A stretch of 64,000 nt of DNA from Octopus sinensis (taxonomy: Eukaryota), in assembly GCF_006345805.1 (NCBI RefSeq), contig NC_043005.1, positions 53,258,001-53,322,000 on the forward strand, read 5' to 3'. Of this stretch, positions 38,601-51,022 are shown piece after piece. Position 1 is the stretch's first letter. Each line of letters starts with the position of its first letter. The notes under the pieces are model-generated. The model was not told where the DNA came from. It worked only from the letters and a program-made list of their open reading frames with translations, and made no database searches. A program made the position numbers and the translations under genes.

Positions 38601-39519
38601 GAGAAACCTCTGCACGGCAAATATGTGACCCGCAGCAAACAAGCTGATGTTGACCAGAAGCAAACCCATCAGTGGCTGCGGAGCTCAGGGCTAAAAGCAG
38701 AGAGCGAAGGTTTCATCCTGGCTGCTCAAGACCAAAGCCTATTAACCCGGAACTACCAGGCCAATGTGATGAAAAATGGAGCAGACCGAAAATGCCGATT
38801 CTGCAACGACATGATTGAAACAGTGGACCACCTAATCTCTGGATGTAAAGTCTTAGCACCAGTGGAGTATAAATTAAGACATGACAGAGTTGGCCAATAT
38901 CTCCACTGGCTAATAAGTCGGCATTACAATATCAAAACTGCCGACAAGTGGTATAATCACCACCCTGAGGCTGTAACTGAAGGAGAAAATGTAACCATTC
39001 TGTGGGACTTTCCAGTACATACAGACCGAACCATCAAGGCCAATAAACCAGATATTGTTGTGAAAGACCAAAACAATAAAGTTTGCTTATTGATCGACAT
39101 GAGCATCCCCTGTGATCATAATATCTCAGCGAAAGAGTTTGACAAGCTCAGAAAATATAAAGACCTACTCATTAAAATTGAGAAAATGTGGCATCTCAAG
39201 GCGGTTACAATACCAGTGATCGTAGGAGCACTAGGAATGATCAAGAAGGGAACCGAAAATTATATGAGAATGATCCCTGGGTTACCATCCCTGCAAGAAG
39301 TGCAAAAGATTGTCTTAACTGGTACATCACACGTATTGAGAAGAGCATTGTCGATGTGAGAACTGTTGCTGCTCATGTATTTTAATTTAACTTTAAAAAA
39401 AAAAAAAAAAAAATGAACGAACTACTGAGTTTGGTTTAATGGCCTACCAATATACACAATGAGTTTCTTTGCCCTAGGAGTCGGGAAGACACTCGGCAAG
39501 AAATGGAAGAAAAAAAAAG
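35654..39519 (+). mobile_element. Near-full-length R4/Dong-clade non-LTR retrotransposon (RT + CCHC + restriction-like endonuclease) inserted in (AAT)n
   Basis: N-terminal KWTREEYKEVIYAYY; RT (YRPITCL, WIDYKKAFDS, GIFQGDSLSP, HLFYMDDLKLY); CRFC..ETVDHLISGC; KPDIVV..IDMSIP..KEFDKLRKYKDL; (AAT)n on both sides (35480-35653; 39520-39595). Confidence 0.95.
35687..39359 (+). pseudogene. Dong-like single ORF with one frameshift (~36600-36625) and one in-frame stop (TGA 36999-37001, probably TGG)
   Basis: ORF-track pieces 35687..36625, 36540..37001 and 37125..39359; the sequence after the TGA continues in frame (IIQTEG..KAHNWKSPGKDRVPNFW). Confidence 0.9.
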
Positions 39520-39545
39520 TAATAATGATAATAATAATAATAATG

Positions 39546-39581
<36 letters not shown>

Positions 39582-39737
39582 TAATAATAATAACAATTTT
39601 ATTAATTTGCCACGAGGACGAAAGATGAGGGGGGCAATACAGAGACAGACATAAAGTGTAGGGGTTTACACGGTATACACTGGGAAACAGGAGACATGCT
39701 TTGCCTACAGAGTTATAAAAGGGGAAACAAAAAACTT

Positions 39738-40292
39738 GCAGTATGAGGCAGCGGCTCTCGAGGCTTCTGATTTTAACTAATTGGAAGTGTTATCATGTAC
39801 ATGTCTTCTCTTGGTATAAAAGATGGTTTACAGCAAATATTCTGCTCAGTACCACAGATTTGCTTGCCAGTTGTTTAACCTTAACAAGTTGAGCATGTAC
39901 CTCAGTGGCTGACGATATGCCCATCTCTGACCACGCACAGAAGCTCTGGGGAAGAATTTTAGCCATGTTTTGAGAGAAATTCTTTGAGGTTTTGATAATT
40001 CAACTTTGGAAAGATGGGTATTTCATTCACATCCTTAACCTTTATTCAGGGACCTTTTGAGCGGGATGGAATACTCGACCTGAAGAAAATTCAAACTGGG
40101 TCCCACCAGCAAAGTCATGCGTTGTTTATCTTAATATAAGATCACCATGTGGCGCACATGTGGTTGTGATGCTTGTGCCTTGTGTACCGTTATCAGACGG
40201 GTATACTGGGTGGACCCTTATCAGATGGGTATACTGGGCTCCGTATATTTTACACCAGTTAAACTTTGATGGCATGCACTACTCTCTCACTC
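39738..40292 (+). mobile_element. ~550-bp non-coding interspersed repeat with (AAT)n tail
   Basis: Colinear with 61566-62114 over its whole length; ends ctctctcactc(aat)n. Confidence 0.85.
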
Positions 40293-40359
40293 AATAATAA
40301 TAGTAATAATAATAATAATAATGATGATGGTGATGATGATGATGATGATGATAATGATG

Positions 40360-40401
<42 letters not shown>

Positions 40402-40482
40402 TAATAATAATAATAATAATCACGGCAGCAATTATATTAAACACAAGTAAAATAACAATATCATTATTGTGATTATTATAAA

Positions 40483-40590
40483 AGCGGCAAGCTGGCAGAA
40501 TCGTTAGCACGCCGTTTAGCGGTATTTCTTCCGTCCTCACGTTTGGAGTTCAAATGCCGCCGAGATCGACTTTGTATTCCATCCTGACGC
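40483..40590 (+). mobile_element. SINE family B, 5' half
   Basis: gcggcaagctggcagaatcgttagcacgcc head; gagttcaaatgccgccgagatcgac. Confidence 0.75.
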
Positions 40591-40594
40591 TTTC

Positions 40595-41230
40595 GCCGCT
40601 GCCGCTATCACCGCTGCCGCTAACGCCGCTGCCGCTAACGTCACTGCCGCTAACGCCGCTGCCGCTAACGCCGCTGCCGCTATCGCCTCTGCCGCTATCG
40701 CCTCTGCCGCTGCCTCCTCCGCTTCCGCTGCTACTGCTGCCGTCGCTACCGCTGCCGCCGCGGCCAGCTTCAGTGCTGCCGCCTCCAATGCTACCTCACC
40801 CAGTGTTTCCGCCGCCGCCGCTCCCACCGCTGCTACCACCGCTGCAGCCGCCGCCACTACTGCCTCCGCCGCTGCAACCGCAGCGGCTACCGTAACTGCC
40901 GCCGCTGCTGCTACAGCCCTGCTCCTGCCGCCGCTGCTGCTACCGCCGCTTCTTCCACCGTTGTTGCCACCACTGCTGTCACATCCCCTTCCGCTTCTGC
41001 TCCCGCCGTTGCCGTCACCGCTTTCTCTAACGTGGTTCTTATTGCTGCCGTTTCTACCGTCTTTGCTGCCTCTACTGCCTCTGCTGCCGCTGCTGCCGCC
41101 GACGCTACCACCGCTACAACCACCACTACCGCTGCTGATCCCACCGCTACCTGTTAGTCTTGTTGCTCCTATCAGTCCTGTTCCTGCCGCGGCTTCTGCT
41201 TCAGCCCCTGCCTTTGCTCTTGTTAGTTTT
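40595..41230. repeat. GC-rich (GCC/GCT/ACC) cryptic trinucleotide tract starting with a 15-bp minisatellite gccgctgccgcta(a/t)c
   Basis: Direct reading. Confidence 0.85.
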
Positions 41231-41539
41231 CTTGTTGTTGTTGCTGTTTTTGTTAAGCACTGATCCACAGACCTGTAGTTAATGAAAAGCATTTCATCTG
41301 TAATTTTTATTATGTCAGGGAATGCATAGTTCAATATTTGTTTATTTCTTTAAAATTTTATCGAGTATTTTAAAGGATCGTTGGCTACTATTTCTAGCAC
41401 GTCAAGCTACCTCATGGCCGTCCGAGTTAGAACATGCATTTATGTATATGTGTTTACAGGTATTTTTAATATGTTCGAGCACACATGGGCATGCAAAGAC
41501 CTTCGCTGCGGAAGTTGTAGAGAAACATTTACGTTCTTA

Positions 41540-41870
41540 GATTGCTGCCATGCTGGGGCATCGCCTTGAAGAATTTTAGTCGAACGAATCGTCTCTAACA
41601 TCTTTTTGTAAAGCCTGCTACTTATTCTATCGGGGTTTTTTTTGCCGAAATTCTAATTTCCTGGAACACAAACACATCAACACCGATTGTCAATTGGTGG
41701 AAAAGAACAAAGACACAGAAATGCACACATATACATGACAGACTTTCACGCAGTTTCCTATTACCAAGTTCTCTTAAGAGGGAGACGTTAGTCGGCTCAA
41801 AAGACACTCACCCAAGGTGCAGCCACTGTATGTCTGAACGCGAAACCAAGTGGTTGCGAAGCGAAATTCT
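41540..41870 (-). mobile_element. SINE family A, degenerate
   Basis: gccatgctggggcatcgccttgaag, cttattctatcgg and gacactcacccaaggtgc motifs. Confidence 0.7.
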
Positions 41871-42860
41871 GACGTGCGTAGTGAATTTCTGAATTTAATT
41901 AAGTTTACTACCAGTTCTCCGAAAAATCCAGGGATACACATACACTCTCTCCATTTTTCGCTCTCTCTCTCTCTCATTTTTTTTTCTCTCAATGGGTTAC
42001 TTGAAAAGGATGAATAGCAACTGAATCATAAATTTTCTCAACTCCTTGCATTCGAATGTGAGATGCTTATGTCAAGCTACGTTCATTTAAAATAACATTA
42101 CCACTCTCTCTATCAAAATACACAGACTGCTGGCACGCAAAGCAACCGGTAGATATGTCTTCGAGAAAATATCTAATAACTTGTAGAAGATGATGAAGCA
42201 TGGCTTAATTCTGCTGAGCGTATGGCTAGATTACGAGCAGGTGTAGCACTCAGGGTCCACACGATCTTCAGTAGAAGCAGCATAAAAGACGAGTTACACC
42301 TGCTTAAAAGATGTGACCTTCTAGAACCTGTACCATAAGAATAAAATCTAGAAAAATTCACAAAAATGTACTAAACTGATCACTTCAATGATAATTAACG
42401 AAAGACGTATGTAATTAAAACTGCTGGTATCGATCCTGTTATTGACCTCTGGCCACAATGTGCTTCCAATTCTTCTTTGATTGCGCCCGATTTATCAATC
42501 AGGGAACAAATCGTTTAACTGAATGGTCTTTCCACTGGTGTGGTGTGGAGGCCTTTCAAGTGACCTTTCTGATCTCTTGGATATCATAAAATTATATAAT
42601 CTGTTCTTGTGTGGAAAATGTTCAGCAAGGGAAAACAATCAGTTTGAATGAGCGTTTAGAATGGTTTGTTTATAGTATATTATTAGGGCTGCTGCAACAA
42701 CTCATCTTTCATGACTGCCGAAAACTTACTACATTCCATGTTTTTCTCTTGTCAACATTCATAAAGCTGCTGCAATAACACCAATGGCCAGCGGTAATAT
42801 ACTATGATTTTCATGACTTTTCGAGAAAACCACACATCCTTTATCTATCTATCTATCTAC

Positions 42861-42926
<66 letters not shown>

Positions 42927-42927
<1 letters not shown>

Positions 42928-44286
42928 ACCATCACCAAACTACAACGCATCCTCTTTCGCTTCTTGTGGAAAGGATGCGTCCCGATGGTCAGGCGATCCA
43001 TTTGCTGTCAACACCCGTTAAAAGGAGGGCTGGGCATGCCGTGGTTGATGATGCGCAGACACGCGCTGAGACTGCGACATCTCTGGCTCTATGTAGACGA
43101 CGGTGAACAGGTGTGGTCGCCGTTTGTGAGACACGCTTTCCCGCAGCTCGTCTCCATGACCGAACTGCAGTCGTGGATCAAAAAGAGGCCGAGGAAGGGC
43201 GAATGGCACCGCGAGTGTCGCGTTGCTCTCAAGCAACTCTGCCGTCCTGGGTCGACCTTAAGTGACTTCAACACAACCAAAGCATTCTATAGGGGTTTAG
43301 TGGAGGGGAGGTACGACGACGAGCTCGGGGCGAACCTGGACGTCGACGAGGAGTACCTGACCCGCCTGTTCAGGACGACTTTCGGGCCAGGGCCCATGGA
43401 CAACTTCCAGAGATCCCTGGCCTGGCAGTGCTACCGAGAAGCGCTACCCGTTCGGGATAAGCTCTACAGACACGGCTCGAGAAACACGGGGCCGACCTGC
43501 CCGAGATGCGGTCAGAGCGACGAAACCGTTCTGCACGCACTCGTTCAGTGTCCAACAATTTCCGACCTGTGGGCTTATGTGCGAACAACTGCTGTCACGT
43601 GTGGGACGAGTCGGTTTATCAGCTGAGTCTATCGTCAATATTGTCACGCCTCCTTCCTTCAAACGGGAAGGAAGAGCTATTTTCATCATCCTTGTGGCTA
43701 TGGCGAAAGAATGTATCTGGTGGACGCGTCTGAAAGGATTGGAGACAAACACTTTCCTCTCTGGTCAATCTCTCATCAACTTCTTCAAGTACCACTTGAA
43801 AAGGAAAGTGAGAGTAGAGAGGCAAGTTTTGTCTAGCGAATGTTTTAAAAAAAGATGGGTGAATGTAGCAAGAATGGCACGTATGAACGACGAAGCCACC
43901 TTGAGCATAGTCCTATGAACCCAGAAATCGAAAACAGAGAGTTGCTTATTTGCAAAAAAAAAAAAAAAAGAAATATAAAATGTGACTTCATTGACCGAGG
44001 TTACCGTGGTCTTTTCCGTAGGCTTTTCTTTCCACGGGTAAACCTCACCTGTCCTCCCCTTTACACTTCATATTGACATTTCTGTGATAACGATCCCTAT
44101 TGATCAATTTTTTTTTTCCTCTCCCCCTTTTTTTTGTCCTCTTTCTCTCCTTTTACGATCCCTTTTGATCGAAACTCCCCCTTCCTTTTATTTATTTATT
44201 TATTTTTTTTTAAACCTTCAAAAGAAAAGCTCTACCTTGTAATTTGTTCTATCTGTGTGCAGCCCTGTGTGGCTAATAAAGAAACA

Positions 44287-44290
<4 letters not shown>
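42927..44290 (+). mobile_element. 5'-truncated Tx1/L1-clade LINE, flanked on both sides by (TATC)n
   Basis: LFRFLWKG..VRRSICCQHPLKGGLGMP; zinc-finger region LAWQCYREALPV..CPRCGQSDETVLHALVQCP; 3' UTR ending ctaataaagaaacat; (TATC)n at 42843-42926 and 44288-44790. Confidence 0.9.
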
Positions 44291-44790
<500 letters not shown>

Positions 44791-45340
44791 TGTCTCTCCC
44801 TTCCTCTCCCCTCTCGCTATATAATATATATACATAAATTCAAAATATATATGTGAATGTGTAAACACATGCAAACACACACACGTGCACACGCGCGCGC
44901 AAACACATACACACACACACAACTATGCATCGGTTGCCACAAGAAAGGAAATCACATAATTGAGGCGTGTTTTCGTATGCCAGATCTCTGCTCCATCCAT
45001 TATTGTGAGATGTTCACAATAGACTGTCATTTCCAGATACAGAGAACACTATTTTTCTAGTTACAGCATAAACTCCATCATTTATTGTTCACAGTTAATT
45101 GGTAGTCATTATATCAAATGAGGACTTCTTGCATGTATAGAAACCACTGATCTTTGGTTATCTGGTTAACGAAATGAGTCATTATTTACTAATGAATTCC
45201 ACAGTATCAATATGTTTGCTGATTTGAAAGAAAGTGTTAGCTATGTGTATGTAGCAATGCAAAGTGCGTACGCCCATTACACTGCACATCTACATAAACA
45301 TGTGTTTCAGGTTTATATGAGATTATTTACGAAATCTTTA

Positions 45341-45735
45341 GGCGACGAGCTGGCAGAAACGTTAGCGCGCCAGGCGAAATGCTTACCGGTATTTCGTATG
45401 TCTTTACGTTCTGAGTTCAAATTCCGCCGAGCTCGACTTTGCCTTTCATCCTTTCGGAGTCGATAAATTAAGTACCAGTTACACACTGGGGGTCGATGTA
45501 ATCGACTTAATACCTATGTCTGTCCTTGTTTGTCTCCTCTGTGTTTAGCCTCTTGTGGGTAATAAAGAAATAGGTATTTCGTATGTCTTTACGTTCTGAG
45601 TTCAAATTCCGCCGAGCTCGACTTTGCCTTTCATCCTTTCGGGGTCGATAAATTAAGTACCAGTTGCGTACTGAGGTCGATCTAATCGACTGGCTCCCTC
45701 CCCTAAAATTTCGGGCCTTGTGCCTAGAGAAGAAA
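45341..45735 (+). mobile_element. SINE family B, two internal units, with 18-bp target-site duplication
   Basis: TSD agattatttacgaaatct at 45320-45337 and 45736-45753. Confidence 0.92.
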
Positions 45736-46206
45736 AGATTATTTACGAAATCTGAAACGTTTTAGTTTCGTTCTTTGATAAATCTTGTTTCACTAAAAAT
45801 TATTTCTAACAAAATTTGTTGATTTAAATTCTTTAAAAAATATTTCATTAGGCGTTTGAGTTCTTATGATTTGCTTTTGGTTCAGATTGGTTCCTTTTAT
45901 TCTTCATTTGCTCTGAACTTATCGCTTGTTTACTACAGGGAATATTGTTAGGAGGTCACTAAGTCGATTAGTCGACAAACAACATGAATTCAATATCCAG
46001 GCTCTTAGAATGTCGTCGTTTAACTCACAATATGGAACATTCTTCTTTCTATCAGACTTTGTTTAACTTCACGAAAAGTATACGCGTGAGTGTTGAATTC
46101 TTTTCCTATTTCTTCTTTACAGCGTAAAATTAATTACTTTGTTCACCACTTATTATTTTTTAAAATCAATTTCTGTCTTAATTTTGCCTGGATTTTTCTT
46201 GAACTA

Positions 46207-46528
46207 ACGGAATTTGAACTCAGAACGTAAAGTCGGTTGAAATACTGCTAAGCGTTTTGCCCAGCGCTCTAACGATTCTGGCCAGCTTGTCACCTTAGCG
46301 CTTTCGAAACATCGGTCTGAATTTTTGACACAAGGCCGACAATTTCGGGCGAGGGAGTAAGTCGACTACATCGACCCCAGGGCTAAAATGGTACTTCTTT
46401 TATCGATCGCGATAGGATGAAAGGCAAAGTCAAGTTCGACCGAATTTGAACTCAGAACGTAAATTCGAACGAAATGCCGCTAAGCATTTTGCGTGCTGTG
46501 CTAAATTATTCATCCAGCTCGCCGCCTT
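46207..46528 (-). mobile_element. Two SINE family B copies (46207-46300; 46325-46528)
   Basis: ggaatttgaactcagaacgtaa and ccagctcgccgcc motifs. Confidence 0.8.
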
Positions 46529-47349
46529 ATATTTGATATTGGCAATACATTCAGAGATCGAAGGATGACAGATTCTGTAGAACGCCAAACAGAATACCTA
46601 GCTGTAATTGGTTATGCTGCTTTGAGTTCTCTGTTCAATTCATACTGGAATTTATGAAAAAAATATCTCAATCACTGGGATTATTATAATCAACTATACA
46701 CTTCACCCAAAATGTGTGACAATGGGTCTGTTAAAAATCAATTGTCATTAAAGAAAATTTTTCATTTATCATTTAATTTCATGACGTAGCTTTTTCAGTC
46801 CTCCGTGGAGAATTGAAATGACTGGGAGAGTTAAATATTATAAAGAGCAAAGAGTGGTGTACTTTGGCGAGAAGAAGATATCAATTATTACTGACATAGA
46901 TTTTCATCAGACTACAGTAAGGGAAAAGAAAGATAAGCTAGAAATCATTAACGAGATATATCAGCTCATTTATCCTCTTAGAGGACAAACGAGATGATAT
47001 ACCTGCCAATCATTTTAACACAAAGAAAATGAAAAAGGCCGGTTGATCTCTTCCAAGAAAATGCATATATATATATATATACATACATATATATACATAT
47101 ATATATCATGTATGTGTATGTATGTATGTATGTTTGTATGCGAAGCAACCATGTAGCAATAGTTTCGATCCACTGTATGGCTCTTTGTAGCACTTTCTCT
47201 GCCTCTTTGTTTTTCTTATCCCACTATCAACTCTTACTTTCTGCGTGTGTGCGTGTCGATAGATAGATATACATGCACACACACTCACACACACATATAT
47301 TATTATTGTTATTTCTAAATCTCTCAGTAGTACTGGGTATTAATAATTA

Positions 47350-47533
47350 ATAATTATCGCCAAGCTAACGTGGTAGTCCAGAAAAATAGGACGAATGCTC
47401 CCCTGTTTGAAGGTTGTAATGGACACAAGTTTGTGTGTCACATAGCTAGCTAGCGGCGATGGCCTCTTGGAGCTAATCAACGGCAGCATTCGTCCTAATT
47501 TTCTCGACTGCCATGTTATCTTGGCAATGACTA
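47350..47533. mobile_element. Small MITE-like element with ~50-bp imperfect TIRs
   Basis: gccaagctaacgtggtagtccagaaaaataggacgaatgct versus agcattcgtcctaattttctcgactgccatgttatcttggc; AT-rich flanks. Confidence 0.65.
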
Positions 47534-48093
47534 TTTATATATATATATATATATAAAGCAGTTGGAAATTGGTTAATTCCCTATGACTGTTTGAAACGAA
47601 AGTTTTTAAATGATGAATAGAGTTATTACATCATGCGAAACAATTTTAAAAATACATTTTCGTCAGGAATTAAATATCTAAAAAATAACATTCAAAGAAT
47701 CAACATTATGTGCTACTTTATGATTCCCGGCGATTAGGTAATGGTTGTATATATATATTTCAAACGTTATTGCCCTGTCATCAGCACCACGTCATAACTT
47801 GCACTGCTAACATGAGGTAAGACGCAATATCGACTTGTGAATATACTTGTTAGTATATGTAATTTACACTTACACTTGCCGAAAAAACTGATATTTATCT
47901 CGTGTACATTTATGACCCACAACTTAAATTGTTCAACAAACAGATAAATGAAACTAGTATCGGACTAAAATAAATACTGGGGTTAGTATGCTCGACTATT
48001 ACTCTTAATTGGTACCGTAAACTTTCCTCAATGCAAAGAACGAAACGTAAAAACATTTAAAACATTTCTATACCGTATATTGCTGTCACTACA

Positions 48094-48575
48094 ACATCGT
48101 AAAACTCAGACATGGTTCTCAAGATCTTGGAAACAACCTCACAGTTGGTTCTCTTTAAACGTACTATTACCTGGGAGGACCGTATTGAGGAGTCAAATGA
48201 AAAGAAGAAGCAAAATTAGACTGAATAAGTAAAGTTATTATGGGTATTATGCAAGGTGTAATTCCATCGAGGTGGAATGCACAGGGTTTGCAGGAATGCT
48301 CGTTTGCAAAACCTTAAAACGTACTGGACATCGCAGAGACTAGTAGGCTGAAGGCTATCAAGTTAGCTGCAGGGGCATTAGAGTCTACTTTAAGGTGGCT
48401 GTGGCTGAGGAGGTGAGAACCTTAGAAGGATAGTGTTACCTGGCTTAATGCTTACTGGAGACGATCTGTGGCCTGGTCGACCCGAACTGCATCACAAAGA
48501 TGATGGTGCTCTGATTGTGAGAAAAGTCGAAACACCCAGCAATTCCAGGTAACGTTACTGACGATAAATCCAAGC
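48094..48575 (+). mobile_element. Degenerate RLE-type LINE 3' end (Hero/NeSL-like)
   Basis: S*NSDMVL....QLVLFKRTITWEDRIEESNEKK..SIEVEC.GFAG resembles the RPD.VL..ELTVPWE..IEEA.ERK / PIEVG.RGFAG RLE motif; contains several stops. Confidence 0.65.
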
Positions 48576-48861
48576 GTTGCAAGGTTTTCGTAATGGGAAA
48601 GCATTCCCGATAGTATTTTTGGAGGGCTGGAGATATCATAAAAGCATTTTATCATGCGAGGTTAACTTTTTCCCTTCACCATTAAGTTCGATAAAATAAG
48701 TACCAGTTAGGTATTGTGATCGATAGAATATCTACGACTGACTACAAACCCTCTAAAATGTATAAGACTGATCTTGTGCAAGAAGCCAATTATGAATAAA
48801 GATAATTTCTTAAATAAGTTTCGAGACAGAGATAATTAAAACAACGTATTCCGATCTCCGT

Positions 48862-49161
48862 GGAGGCACATGGCCTAGTGGTGAGAGCAGCGGACTCGCT
48901 GTCGAGGGACGCGGGTTCGAATCTCACACCGGGCGATGTGTGTGTTTATGAGCGAAACACCTAAGCTCCACACAGAAGGTAATGGCGAACTTCAGCTGGA
49001 TCTTTCGCCACAGCTGTCTCTCACTCTTTGCTCCTGCATCTTACAGCTCAGCTGCGACGGACCGGCGTCACGTCCAGGTTGGGAAACTATACGCCAAGGA
49101 AACCGGGAAACCGGCCCTATGAGCTAGGCGTGGCTCTAGAAGGAACAAACAAAAAAACACA
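48862..49161 (+). mobile_element. tRNA-derived SINE (family D-related) with 14-bp target-site duplication
   Basis: A box tggcctagtgg, B box gggttcgaatc; TSD attccgatctccgt at 48848-48861 and 49162-49175; A-rich tail. Confidence 0.9.
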
Positions 49162-49332
49162 ATTCCGATCTCCGTTGGTCTTTCGACGATGAGTATTGAC
49201 TTGTTGGATAATCTGAACGACTAAATGAATTAACCCGTAAGTAGCTGAATAGTCTTCGTACTCTATATACAAAATAAGTATGACACATTGTGCTATGCTA
49301 AACCTTCGAATTAGATGTAGAATCCAACCGAC

Positions 49333-49675
49333 GGGATGTTCACACAGTTTTCATGGCTCGGTGGTTAGAGTGTCCGGCACTTATTCATGAGGCAGTGAGT
49401 TCGATTCTCGGACTGTGTGTTCTGTTCTTGAGCAAGACACTTTATTTCACGTTGCTCCAGTTCACTCGGCTGTAGAAATGAGTTGCGACATCACTGGCGC
49501 CAAGCTGTATCGGCTTTTATCTTTCCCTTGTATAACGTCAATGGCGTGGAGAGTGGGAAACTGGTATGCATAGGAGACTATTAGTCTTTCATAAACAACA
49601 TTGCCAGCATTTGTGCCTCGGAAGGGAAGATTCTAGGCGCAATCCCATGGTTATTCATGACCAAAAGGGGTCATT
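49333..49675 (+). mobile_element. tRNA-derived SINE, C/D-type head with a third tail type
   Basis: tggctcggtggttagag, gagttcgattc, cttgagcaagacactttatttcacgttgctccagttcactc. Confidence 0.7.
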
Positions 49676-50833
49676 ACCAATTTCATTCGCAAACCTAGCG
49701 TTGACTCGAGGCTATAGTAACTGACACTTTTATAAGCAATGAGATCGAAACTCGGAACTCAAGACTGCAAAGACGCTTCTTAACAATTTTACCACGCTTC
49801 TACCTATGGAGGTAATTACGTTTGATAAATAACACATACCTGTTGATAACAGGTGAAATAATGATCAATGGAAACAAAGTTCCAAGATGCTAACAATACG
49901 TAGTCTAGCAACATAATTTATTACATTTTGGCTGGCATGTAATATTTATATAATTCTTGGAATATCCACAGAGTAACCGATCAAAGAAATGTTAAGCTCA
50001 GACACTAAAAGACTCAACTCAACGTGAAAATATCTCCAAAAGTGTATTAGTTAATGAATTATGAAACTTTTAAGAATGCTTTTACCATAAATTCTTTTAT
50101 ATCTTTCTTATTTCAATATTAGTTTATTGGAATTACTTCTAGATATTTCCAATATTTTGAAAGGAATTTGTGAGAATTTGTGACACTTCTTACTTAACGT
50201 TCTTACAGTATGAATTCTTAATGAGATGAATTTTAGTAAAATAAAGTTGTGAATGTAACAATTCATAATTGATGGAGAAAATGGGACGTGATTTTGGCGT
50301 TTAGTCTCGGTAAATGTATTTTTAATGATTTTAGAAAATCTTGTAATAATCACTACAATTTCTATATCAATACTACTGTCAAGAACACATTATCATCTCT
50401 TTAGAGAGAGAAAGTTTCATATTGTAAATATTTGATACCAGTTTCACTACGAAGATTTTTAGTGGCTTCCTCTGTAACAATGTTTCCAAAACCGTTGTAG
50501 GTCAATTCTTTCCTTGGTTCCATAATCTCATTCTCAATAACCAATATCCTACCGTGCTAAAGGCATTATTCACAATAACCTTTCCTGTGTTGCTACAGAA
50601 GATAATAGTCTAAAATGAGTAACAATTAATTTCCCCAATTCATTCAAAATTTAATTATATATTTTTTCGTTTAATTAATTTCACTTTATCCAGTGTTATT
50701 AACTTTTGAAAGTCTCATAGCCATACAACGTTAGACTGTGTTACTAATTTTAGCTTAGAACAATATTGATGACCAAGTCTCGTTATATTAACTTTCCAAC
50801 ATTTGAAAGTCATTTAGACACAGTTCCAATTAC

Positions 50834-51017
<184 letters not shown>

Positions 51018-51022
51018 TACTG

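Noticed and set aside
40537-41334. 265-aa Ala/Gly-rich ORF on the minus strand (and Pro/Leu-rich ORFs on the plus strand)
   Set aside because: Explained by a GC-rich trinucleotide repeat that lacks stops in most frames; its end lies within a SINE.
42187-42340. Short open frame EDDEAWLNSAERMARL.. with a possible acceptor
   Set aside because: About 50 codons, no recognisable family, and no partner exons.
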